A stretch of 64,000 nucleotides of DNA. Origin: Myxococcota bacterium (GTDB taxonomy: Bacteria; Myxococcota_A; SURF-8). Numbering within the stretch: position 1 is the first letter of the stretch; each line of letters starts with the position of its first letter. This document shows positions 38,289 to 46,494 of this stretch, one piece after another. The position numbers and the translations under genes are program-made. The stretch is from NCBI GenBank assembly GCA_965140415.1, contig OZ223209.1:1728001-1792000 (forward strand). The letters run 5' to 3'. The notes below the pieces were generated by a model. The model saw only the letters and a program-made list of their open reading frames with translations. It had not been told where the DNA came from and searched no databases.

Positions 38289-39413
38289 TTATCTCTCGGT
38301 TTTAACTTTGACCGTACAACTGTTCGTGATGCGCTTTTTGTTGCGGTCGAAGATCGGACCATCTTCACTGCCGTCGTTGTTGTAGCCGACGTTTTCCCAG
38401 TAGCCACGGTACTGCTCGTCGTCGGATAGTTCAATGCGAGTGACCCACTTGGCCCACTTGTAGCCCCACTTCTCATATGCCGCAAGCTGGAAGGGAAAAC
38501 CGCGCATGGCGGGCAGGGCGATACCGTTCATGTTAAAGGCCAATAAAGGTTTGTACTCCATTACATAGGACAGCGGCACCGAAGTCGTATAGCCGTCGTA
38601 ACAATGGAAAATGACCGTTACCGCTTCTGGTTGCGGTTTGCTGGCTTCGATAAGGGTATCCAGGCGGACGCCCTCCCATAAAACGTTGGCCCGCCAGCCT
38701 TCCACACAGTGTAGTTCCATGACTTCCTTGAAATGGGAATTCGCCAGCACTTCGTCGTAGCTGTAATCTGTCGGTTGATCCACCAGACCGTCGATTTGCA
38801 GTTGGTAGTTTTCCATCGGCACGTACTGTGGTCCGGCAATGGAATTTTCCCGGAAATCCAGGATGGAGTCTAATTGCTGATCCTCATACTTGTCCAACTC
38901 CACAAAAAATACGAAATATCCCTGTACTTCTTCATTATTGCTGAGAAATGTGTAGATCACGTCGTACACACCGATACCGGCGGTTTCAGGTAAGCTCGCG
39001 GAAAGCACCGTGTCATTTTCGGTCAAAATATCCGAATCGGCGATCTTCTCTTTGTTGCGATACACTTGCACCGAAGCTCCGGCTGGCAATGCCGTATTGA
39101 ACAGGATGGAGACGTCGGAAGGCGTTTCTATAAGTACATCATTATTTGCAGGGGAAGTGGTAACGACCTCTGCCGGTTTCTTTTCGGGAGCGACGCCTAA
39201 AAACGGCCCTTCGTAGATCGGTGCAATCTCGTCACCGTCGCTGTTCATATCGCCATCGCCGTTTGAGTCCCCATCCGCCTGTTCGTCAATATCGGCGGGG
39301 GTCATATTGTCCATGCTGTCGCTATCGGAAAGCGAAGTGGATTGGTCCCCGTCATCGCAGGCAAAAGCCAGCATCAGTAGCAAAAACGGAAGCAGAATTC
39401 GATGGGCGTGCAT
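38289..39413 (-). CDS. lipoprotein: CopC-like Ig domain plus molybdopterin-dependent oxidoreductase (MsrP/sulfite oxidase family)
   Basis: Lipobox AFAC; VVTTSPAN..PSDVSILFN..GVYDVIY..VQGYFVF; LHCVEGW, WEGV, DGYTT, GFPFQL, GYKWAKWVTRIEL, GYWE. Confidence 0.85.
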   Translation of the reverse strand: MHAHRILLPFLLLMLAFACDDGDQSTSLSDSDSMDNMTPADIDEQADGDSNGDGDMNSDGDEIAPIYEGPFLGVAPEKKPAEVVTTSPANNDVLIETPSDVSILFNTALPAGASVQVYRNKEKIADSDILTENDTVLSASLPETAGIGVYDVIYTFLSNNEEVQGYFVFFVELDKYEDQQLDSILDFRENSIAGPQYVPMENYQLQIDGLVDQPTDYSYDEVLANSHFKEVMELHCVEGWRANVLWEGVRLDTLIEASKPQPEAVTVIFHCYDGYTTSVPLSYVMEYKPLLAFNMNGIALPAMRGFPFQLAAYEKWGYKWAKWVTRIELSDDEQYRGYWENVGYNNDGSEDGPIFDRNKKRITNSCTVKVKTER

Positions 39414-39493
39414 GATGTTTCTCCTGTAAACGAATGGACTTCCATTGTGATCATACGTGAGGCCGCTCAAAGTATAAACGGCTTTCGTCATAC

Positions 39494-39512
39494 ATTGTAA
39501 TGATTCTTATTA
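39494..39512. promoter_or_regulatory. PerR/Fur-like operator
   Basis: AT-rich imperfect dyad ATTGTAATGATTCTTATT upstream of rubredoxin and rubrerythrin. Confidence 0.45.
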
Positions 39513-39530
39513 AGGGGATTATGTATTGAT

Positions 39531-39559
39531 TTGACAAAGAAATTAAAGTGAGATACTTT
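39531..39559 (+). promoter_or_regulatory. sigma70-like promoter for rubredoxin/rubrerythrin
   Basis: TTGACA-N17-TACTTT. Confidence 0.5.
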
Positions 39560-39624
39560 ATTTTCGTTTCATATTCCGATGCCGACAAACACAGCGAAAA
39601 TTATAGTGAGAGGGAGGTCTGTAC

Positions 39625-39786
39625 ATGAAAAAATATATTTGCAAGATTTGCGGTTATACTTACGACCCGGAAAAGGGAGCGCCTGCTGATGGTATCGATC
39701 CCGGCACGGCGTTTGAAGATATCCCGGAAGACTGGGAATGCCCGGTCTGTGGTGCGAAAAAAGACGAGTTTCGCCCGGTCGATTAA
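39625..39786 (+). CDS. rub: rubredoxin (53 aa, below the ORF-track cutoff)
   Basis: [61 protein letters not shown]. Confidence 0.97.
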   Translation: MKKYICKICGYTYDPEKGAPADGIDPGTAFEDIPEDWECPVCGAKKDEFRPVD

Positions 39787-39837
39787 TGTGAAAATGAGTC
39801 ACACTTATTGAATGAATGCAATAAAGGAGGAGTAGTT

Positions 39838-40413
39838 ATGGCGGGAATCAAAGGAAGCAAGACAGAAAAGAATCTGCTGATTTCGTTTGCGGGTGAAGCC
39901 CAGGCGCGCAACCGGTACACCTATGCCGCTGGTGTGGCTCGTAAAGAAGGTTACGTGCAGATTTCTCGTATTTTCGAGGAAACGGCGGATCAGGAAAAAG
40001 AGCACGCCAAGCGTTTCTTCAAGTTCCTGGAGGGCGGCGATGTCGAAATCACGGCGGCTTTTCCGGCGGGTGTGATTGGCGCGACGACCGAAAACCTGTT
40101 GGCTGCGGCTGACGGTGAACATCACGAGCACACGGAAATGTATCCCGGTTTCGCCAAAATTGCCCGCGAAGAAGGCTTCGAGGCGGTGGCCATGGTGTTC
40201 GAGGCGGTTTCCGTTGCCGAGAAACAGCATGAAAAACGTTTCCGTGGCGTACTGGAAAACATTGAAAAAGACCGTGTGTTCAAGCGTGAGCAAAGCGTTA
40301 AGTGGCGCTGCCGCAACTGCGGTTATGTCCATGAAGGTACAGAAGCTCCTGCCAGCTGCCCTGCCTGCGCCCATCCGCAAGCCCACTTTGAACTGTTGGG
40401 AGAAAACTGGTAA
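39838..40413 (+). CDS. rbr: rubrerythrin
   Basis: SFAGEAQARNRY, EKEHA, EKQHE, C-terminal WRCRNCGY..CPACAHP; AGGAGG RBS. Confidence 0.97.
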   Translation: MAGIKGSKTEKNLLISFAGEAQARNRYTYAAGVARKEGYVQISRIFEETADQEKEHAKRFFKFLEGGDVEITAAFPAGVIGATTENLLAAADGEHHEHTEMYPGFAKIAREEGFEAVAMVFEAVSVAEKQHEKRFRGVLENIEKDRVFKREQSVKWRCRNCGYVHEGTEAPASCPACAHPQAHFELLGENW

Positions 40414-40452
40414 GCTTTTCGTTCCCTGTTGATAGGAGCGTTGCTTCAATAA

Positions 40453-40489
40453 CGACTGCCGGGTCCATGTGGCCCGGTTGTCGCTTTTT
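40453..40489 (+). terminator. intrinsic terminator
   Basis: cgactgccggg...cccggttgtcg followed by ttttt. Confidence 0.65.
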
Positions 40490-40599
40490 ATGGTGCTGTC
40501 AATTCTTTTAACCCTGCCTCAAATCTACACTACTGCACTTGCTTTTAAGGGATAACTTGTTACAATTTCAAGTGGAAGTTTTTACAGAAAGGACTCTGC

Positions 40600-43095
40600 A
40601 TGTCTATCGATCCGCGTTGCGCGCAGTATAAAGATCGCATTCTTTCCGCGCCCTATGAGATCTGCATCGAGCGCGCTCGCTTCGTCACGCAATCCTATCG
40701 AGAAACGGAAGACCAACCCAAGGCCATCCGCGCTGCCAAGGCTTTCGCGCATACCGTAAAGCATGTATCGATTCATATCGAAGAGATGGAGCGGATCGCC
40801 GGGTGGCGCTCGTCCAAAGTCGTGGGTACCGTAATTCCGGTCGAGCGGGGCGAAATGAACCTGATTCTGGAACTAGAGCTGGATGCCTTGCTGCAACGCG
40901 AGCGGCAACCGTATCGCATCGATGAAGCGGACCGCAGGGAATTGCAGCAGGAAATTCTTCCATACTGGCGCGGCAATACGTTACGGGATTATAAAAACAG
41001 GTTGTGGCGCAAGAACGGTCTGTTTTTCCGCCCCGCTGTGAATCCGGCCAGTTTGCTGCGGCGTGTAAAAGCTTTGAATCTCAAACGCCTGAAAGAAACC
41101 ACTGCCGTCCCTGGAGTCGGTCTGGATTATGCCTTCAAGGGTATCCAGGCGATTTTGTACAACAATATCGCTCTGGTCATGAACGCATTCGACGTGCAGG
41201 GCCACTTGATTCTTGGTCATCGCAGCATTCTGGAGAAGGGATTCGGCGGCGTTAAAAAGGAGGCGTTGCAGCGGCTGGAACTGGCGCGTAAGAAGGGGGA
41301 CGAACGGGGAAAAGAATTTCTACAGGCAGTGATTATCTGCTGCGACGCCATGAGGGAACTGGCTGAACGCTATGCCGTGCAAGCCGAACGGCAGGCGCAG
41401 CATTGCCTGGACATGGAGCGACGCTACGAGTTGGAGCAGATTGCCAAACGTTGCCGTAAAGTACCTTACGAAGCTCCACGCAACTTCAAAGAAGCCGTGC
41501 AGACGATCTGGTTCACGCATGTTGGAGCATTGCTGGCGCATGGCATGGCTGGGATTTTCGCAACCGGCAGGCTCGATCAGCATTTAAATGCTTTTTACGA
41601 AGCGGATTTGGCTGCCGGGCGTATCGATGAAACAGAGGCGCGTGCCTGGATCGAAGAATTGCTGTTAAAGCTAAGCAGTGGCTTGTTGTTGCTACCCTTT
41701 GCCGGAAAGCAGACGAGCAACGAGTTGGGCGCGGATAGCTGCTCTCCGACTATCGGGGGTGTGGGGCGCGACGGGGAGGATGCCGTCAACCCCACGACGT
41801 ATCTGATTCTTGAAGCGTATGAGAATGTCCGTTCCACCGGCAACAGTTTCATGATTCGCCTGTCAAAGAAAAATCCGCAGGTTTACTGGGAACGGGTGTT
41901 GGCCAGCTACCGGCATACGTCCGGAGCGGCGCTGTTCAACGATGAGGTCACGATTCCCGCTTTACATGATAGCGGCATGTCTATTGAAGATGCGCGTGAC
42001 TACGGCCTGATCGGCTGTGTGGAGCCGACCGGCGACGGCGACACATTTGGTTGTACCTCCGGAAACGACATCTCGCTGGTGGCGGCCCTTGAAATGGCTT
42101 TGAACGACGGTTACCTGACGATCATGGGACGGCGCATCGGGCCGAAAACGGGCGACGCTCGCCGGTTTACCCATTTTGAAGAATTATTAACCGCACTGGA
42201 GCGGCAAATCACTTTCATGGTGCGAACGGTTGTCAAGGCCGTCAACCTGAAGGATCTTGCGTACATGGAAAAGCTGCCCAATCCATTCGTTTCCATGACG
42301 TTAAAGGGTTGCGTCGAGTCGGCAAGGGACATGACCCATGGTGGTGCGAAATACAATTATGGCTCGATGAGCGGGCGTGGTTTGGGGACCGTGGCCGATT
42401 CGCTGGCGGCAATCGAGCAATTCGTTTTCACGACGCATGAATTGTCGATGGACAAGCTGTTGAAGATGCTGGCCACCAACTTCAAAGGGCAGGAAATCTG
42501 GCGGCGTAAGCTGATGAGCCGTGCGCCGGTATATGGTGCGGATGATGAGCAGGTTGACCGGCTGGCCAAGCGGGTCGCCGAGTTCTTTTGTCAGCAGGTC
42601 AGCGAGCAGCAAACCATACGCGGCGGTCCTTTCCGGCCCAGTTTCTTTTCCTATGGCATGCATGTGCTGGATGGTCTGCTGTTGGCGGCCACGCCGGATG
42701 GACGCCTTGCCGGAGAGCCGATCAGCAACAGTTTTTCGCCTAGCAACGGATCGGAACGGCAGGGACCGACCGGCGTATTCCGTTCGCTGGCGCGAATCGA
42801 TCAGAGTAGAATCTCCAATGGTTGCGCGTTGAACGTCAAACTGACGCCCTCGATGTTCGAAGGTGCTGAACGATTGAAGAAAATGACGGCGCTTTTCCAA
42901 ACCTACTTCACTGAAGGCGGTATGGAGATCTCCCCCAACGTGGTGTCCAACCAGATGTTGAAAGCCGCTCAGGCCGATCCCGAAGCCTATCGAGATCTGG
43001 TGGTTCGGGTTTCCGGCTATTCCGCTTACTTCACGGATCTTGGCAGACCGTTGCAGGACGAAATCATCTCGCGCACGGCATTCGAACGGGTGTAG
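40600..43095 (+). CDS. glycyl-radical enzyme, PFL2/eliminase-like class
   Basis: ICIERARFVTQSYRETE, GRLDQ, GCVEP Cys loop, ATPDGR, LVVRVSGYSAYF Gly loop. Confidence 0.93.
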   Translation: MSIDPRCAQYKDRILSAPYEICIERARFVTQSYRETEDQPKAIRAAKAFAHTVKHVSIHIEEMERIAGWRSSKVVGTVIPVERGEMNLILELELDALLQRERQPYRIDEADRRELQQEILPYWRGNTLRDYKNRLWRKNGLFFRPAVNPASLLRRVKALNLKRLKETTAVPGVGLDYAFKGIQAILYNNIALVMNAFDVQGHLILGHRSILEKGFGGVKKEALQRLELARKKGDERGKEFLQAVIICCDAMRELAERYAVQAERQAQHCLDMERRYELEQIAKRCRKVPYEAPRNFKEAVQTIWFTHVGALLAHGMAGIFATGRLDQHLNAFYEADLAAGRIDETEARAWIEELLLKLSSGLLLLPFAGKQTSNELGADSCSPTIGGVGRDGEDAVNPTTYLILEAYENVRSTGNSFMIRLSKKNPQVYWERVLASYRHTSGAALFNDEVTIPALHDSGMSIEDARDYGLIGCVEPTGDGDTFGCTSGNDISLVAALEMALNDGYLTIMGRRIGPKTGDARRFTHFEELLTALERQITFMVRTVVKAVNLKDLAYMEKLPNPFVSMTLKGCVESARDMTHGGAKYNYGSMSGRGLGTVADSLAAIEQFVFTTHELSMDKLLKMLATNFKGQEIWRRKLMSRAPVYGADDEQVDRLAKRVAEFFCQQVSEQQTIRGGPFRPSFFSYGMHVLDGLLLAATPDGRLAGEPISNSFSPSNGSERQGPTGVFRSLARIDQSRISNGCALNVKLTPSMFEGAERLKKMTALFQTYFTEGGMEISPNVVSNQMLKAAQADPEAYRDLVVRVSGYSAYFTDLGRPLQDEIISRTAFERV

Positions 43096-43157
43096 AGCTG
43101 TTGGTGAGGTAGAGCCAATCCTGGAAAAGAATGATCCGGTCAAGTCGCTAATGGAAT

Positions 43158-43192
43158 AAAAAAAACGAGGTGGGTTGAACGGACCCGCCTCG
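43158..43192 (-). terminator. intrinsic terminator
   Basis: cgaggtgggt...acccgcctcg preceded by an A8 run (U-tract on the minus strand). Confidence 0.65.
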
Positions 43193-43368
43193 CAAGGAAG
43201 AAATGGCCCGCACGGTAACGTGCGGTCATGGAAACTCGGTCTGATTTCATGAGACACTATACGGTTTCAAAATATTACATTGAGTAGCGTCTCTTATTTA
43301 CTAATCGGACGTTTGCCGCCCGACTTTAGCGACTGGAGACTTTTTTTTAAAAATTTGCGGGATTGGCT

Positions 43369-44382
43369 TCAGATGCCTTCCTGTCCCACCTGGCGCATGG
43401 CGTTCAAATCGAAACGAATTTCCAATTCGACGCTCAGCCCTTCCGACTCGTTTTCGGCGCAGGCATGCGCGCTTTCGCGCGGGGCGCTGATCGTCATGCG
43501 TAGCGTTTCTTCCTGATTGCCCAGCCAGGGATGGCCTTCTTCGTCCTGCCGGTCGAAGAGCAGGCGGATGGTCGTCGGTGCGCTGATAACGACATCGCCC
43601 TGTTTGGCCATGCGCCAGCTTGCCATCTCCCACGCCCGCTGGATGTCGTGTCCCAGAACGACGGCTTTTCGCGGATAGCGGATCTCGCCGTCGGAGCGGA
43701 TCAGCGCCGTTCCACGTGTGGCCAGTTGTCCCAATAGCGCATTCATGCAGGTGTCGATGTCGGCGTCGCCGGGGCGTGGATTGTGCAGCAGGATGGCGGG
43801 CACCAGGGTCAGATCGATGACGATGGTATCGCTCAGGTTGACGAAGCCGTTCAGTATCGTTTCGATATCTTCTTTGTAGCCGGGGACGATGAACAGGGCG
43901 CGATGAGCCCGATAGGCGGCTTCCGGGCCGCTGGGCCACAGGCCGGGATAGGTTTTGAATAGTGGGCTTGGAACGATAAGGTGGTTGGGTAGGGGGTAGG
44001 GCGGTTGGTCGCTGAGAATCATTCCTTGTCGGTGAACGGCAACGTCGGCGGCGTATTCCGGGTTGTATTCGAGCAAAGGAAGAATATCCGCCTGGTTTTC
44101 CAGCAGGATGTCATCCCGCACGCGCTTGAAGAAGGGAGAAACCCAGCTTGCGGTGACGTCTAAGGCTGCCTTGGTTTCCGTTTTCCAGCCTTTAATGGCT
44201 CCGCGTTCGTGTTGCACCCAGGGACTGTCGATCAGAAAGCCCTTGCGGTCGTTGGTGCTCCATTTGTCGAAACTGGCATCGATCAGTCGTGCGGACCAAC
44301 TCGAGGCGCAGGCCGCAAGCAATAAGGGCAAAAGCAGCACAGCCAATTGACGAAACACGGTTTTAGGCATGGTGGGTCTCAT
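43369..44382 (-). CDS. hypothetical lipoprotein
   Basis: Lipobox LAAC; overlaps the upstream stop (ATGA). Confidence 0.7.
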   Translation of the reverse strand: MRPTMPKTVFRQLAVLLLPLLLAACASSWSARLIDASFDKWSTNDRKGFLIDSPWVQHERGAIKGWKTETKAALDVTASWVSPFFKRVRDDILLENQADILPLLEYNPEYAADVAVHRQGMILSDQPPYPLPNHLIVPSPLFKTYPGLWPSGPEAAYRAHRALFIVPGYKEDIETILNGFVNLSDTIVIDLTLVPAILLHNPRPGDADIDTCMNALLGQLATRGTALIRSDGEIRYPRKAVVLGHDIQRAWEMASWRMAKQGDVVISAPTTIRLLFDRQDEEGHPWLGNQEETLRMTISAPRESAHACAENESEGLSVELEIRFDLNAMRQVGQEGI

Positions 44383-44783
44383 ATTCGATCTTTCGGTTCG
44401 GATTCATTGCGGATGGCTTCGGAATCATCGGTTTGACCGGAAGGCCACAGGCCGCCGATCACTACACCCAGGACGATATCGCTGATGCCGATGGCAAATC
44501 CTAGTGGGTGTACGCGCAACACGAAAACCGCAACGACGATCAAGAGCGCTATGATGCCGTATTTCATGAAAAAGCGCAGCATGAGGCTCCGTTTCGCCTC
44601 CGGCTCCAGTAACATCTTTCGAATCATCAGCACAAGCAGGTACAGGTTCAGCCAGCCGATAATCGCGCCCGCAGCCACACCGCCAAGTAACGCCATCGGA
44701 AGCGCGAGCCAGGCTAATATTACCAATGCCAGGCCGCTGAGCAGACTGGCCGTGAGTATGGTTCGAATCCGGGTTTGGGTCAT
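44379..44783 (-). CDS. ATP synthase protein I-like four-TM protein
   Basis: GGVAAGAIIGWLNLYLL, FFMKYGII, VHPLGFAIG. Confidence 0.65.
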   Translation of the reverse strand: MTQTRIRTILTASLLSGLALVILAWLALPMALLGGVAAGAIIGWLNLYLLVLMIRKMLLEPEAKRSLMLRFFMKYGIIALLIVVAVFVLRVHPLGFAIGISDIVLGVVIGGLWPSGQTDDSEAIRNESEPKDRI

Positions 44784-44911
44784 TGAATACTTTCCATTGT
44801 TACCCTCTCGTTTGCAGGTAACGCTATCCTCAAAGGAAAAAACCGCTGATTTGAGTCGAGTATACTCATGGTTTCCAGCTTTCCATAGTAAAATCGAAGG
44901 ATATGGGATCA

Positions 44912-45073
44912 GGGTGCATCACAAGATATTGCGATTGACTTTGAAAACGGGTGCCATCGGCTAAGCGAAGAGAAACGTAGCTTGCCCATGTGGCTCTTTA
45001 ACACGGGCAAACCTGCGGCTTAGCCCGCGCCACCCTGAAATCAGACAGGTTTGCAACTTCTTGTGATGCACCC
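44912..45073. repeat. 162-bp nested palindromic element (MITE/REP-like or structured RNA)
   Basis: Perfect 15-bp terminal inverted repeat GGGTGCATCACAAGA/TCTTGTGATGCACCC; inner stems GGGTG/CACCC, CTAAGC/GCTTAG, TTGCCC/GGGCAA. Confidence 0.7.
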
Positions 45074-45099
45074 ATGAGATCATCAAATTTCGGTGATTG

Positions 45100-45129
45100 T
45101 TGACAGGTCACGAGTCTCTCGGGTATTCT
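45100..45129 (+). promoter_or_regulatory. sigma70-like promoter
   Basis: TTGACA-N18-TATTCT. Confidence 0.5.
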
Positions 45130-45212
45130 CACTGTATTTACTGTAGGAGTTGAACCATAACGAAAGCGCAGCATTATATGAATGCGATTCGTTGTGAGAA
45201 TGGGAGAATTGA

Positions 45213-46352
45213 ATGAAGCATGTCGGATTATGCCTGATCTTGAGCGTGTGGTTGCTCGGTTTTTCCGTGCAGGCGGAGGAGATTCTGTCTCCCTGTCCTC
45301 CGGATGGAACTCCCGAACAGCAAAAAGCGCGTAGTCAGGCAGATGACTACAACTTGCAGGGGTTGGAGTTGTTGAATCAGGAAAACCCGGAGGAAGCGAT
45401 CAAGCGTTTCCAGCGGGCGGTTGAAATCATTGATGATTACGCCGATGCCTATTTGAATTACGGTATTGCGTTGCAGATATTGAATCGGCATGAAGAGGCG
45501 CTGTTGCAATTCGATAAGGCGATCCGTTTCCGCCCGAAATGGTCGGCTCCCGTTTTACAGAAAGCGGAATCTCTGATCCGGTTGGAAAAGCTGCCAGAGG
45601 CGGAAAAACTATATTTGGAGGTATTGAAAATCGATCCGAAGCAGTTCGATGTAACGAAGAAACTGATCGGATTGTACCGGGAAAAGGGCGACATCGGCAA
45701 CATGAAAAAGATGATGCAGGCCGTGCGCGACAAGCAACCGGGTAATTTAGAGGCAATCTGGATGTACGCCAATGAAATTGAAATCTACGATCCCAAGGAG
45801 GCGTTGGAGATTTACCTAAAAGTGAAAGATCAGAAACCGAACGAAGTGCTGGTACGGCTGGCCTATGTTTACATGAGGTTGAAGCAGTACGATCTGGCAA
45901 AAGAATACGCGGAAGCAGCCATTCGAAAGTTCCCTGAAGATAACGAGGCTTACCTGTATCTCACCGAAATCTATATCGGATTGGACAATCTTTCCAAAGC
46001 CTGGGATACGCTTCAAAAAGTAGAGTCGTTTGATGACAGCGAAGAGGATGTACAGTTTCTGCGCTTTCTACTGTTGGTGAAAAACGGAAATATGGACAAT
46101 GTGAATGTAGAGATGAACCGCCTGATGCGTAGTAATCCATGCGAAAACAACTGGTTACGAGAGCTAGTGCGTGGGTACACGTTTACTGGCGCGACATTGG
46201 ATGAAAAGGCGTTTTTCCGGCAGGCTGCTGAACAGTGCAAGGTTTTTAAAGCCGAGTTATTGAAGTTGCAGGGCAAGAACAATCCAAGAAACAACCAGAG
46301 TTTTCCACGAGATGAACCGCAGGATACACCCAAAGATAAACCAGTTCCCTAA
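45213..46352 (+). CDS. secreted TPR-repeat protein
   Basis: Signal peptide (VQA-EE); repeats such as AYLNYGIALQILNRHEEALLQFDKAIRFRP. Confidence 0.88.
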   Translation: MKHVGLCLILSVWLLGFSVQAEEILSPCPPDGTPEQQKARSQADDYNLQGLELLNQENPEEAIKRFQRAVEIIDDYADAYLNYGIALQILNRHEEALLQFDKAIRFRPKWSAPVLQKAESLIRLEKLPEAEKLYLEVLKIDPKQFDVTKKLIGLYREKGDIGNMKKMMQAVRDKQPGNLEAIWMYANEIEIYDPKEALEIYLKVKDQKPNEVLVRLAYVYMRLKQYDLAKEYAEAAIRKFPEDNEAYLYLTEIYIGLDNLSKAWDTLQKVESFDDSEEDVQFLRFLLLVKNGNMDNVNVEMNRLMRSNPCENNWLRELVRGYTFTGATLDEKAFFRQAAEQCKVFKAELLKLQGKNNPRNNQSFPRDEPQDTPKDKPVP

Positions 46353-46494
46353 GTACATAGAAATCGCGAAAGGCTGCCTGTAGCGCGCCTGTCATCGTCT
46401 TCGAATCATGATTTCAATGAGATGTTAGCGGGTGGTTTTGACAGATGCGGTCTGGATGGTTACAATCGCCGCGATCTGTTTTGTAGGAGTGATG

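Noticed and set aside
44990-45060. c-di-GMP-I riboswitch (GGGCAAACC)
   Set aside because: It lacks the GAAA tetraloop and GACGCAAAG elements, and the motif is explained by the nested palindrome.
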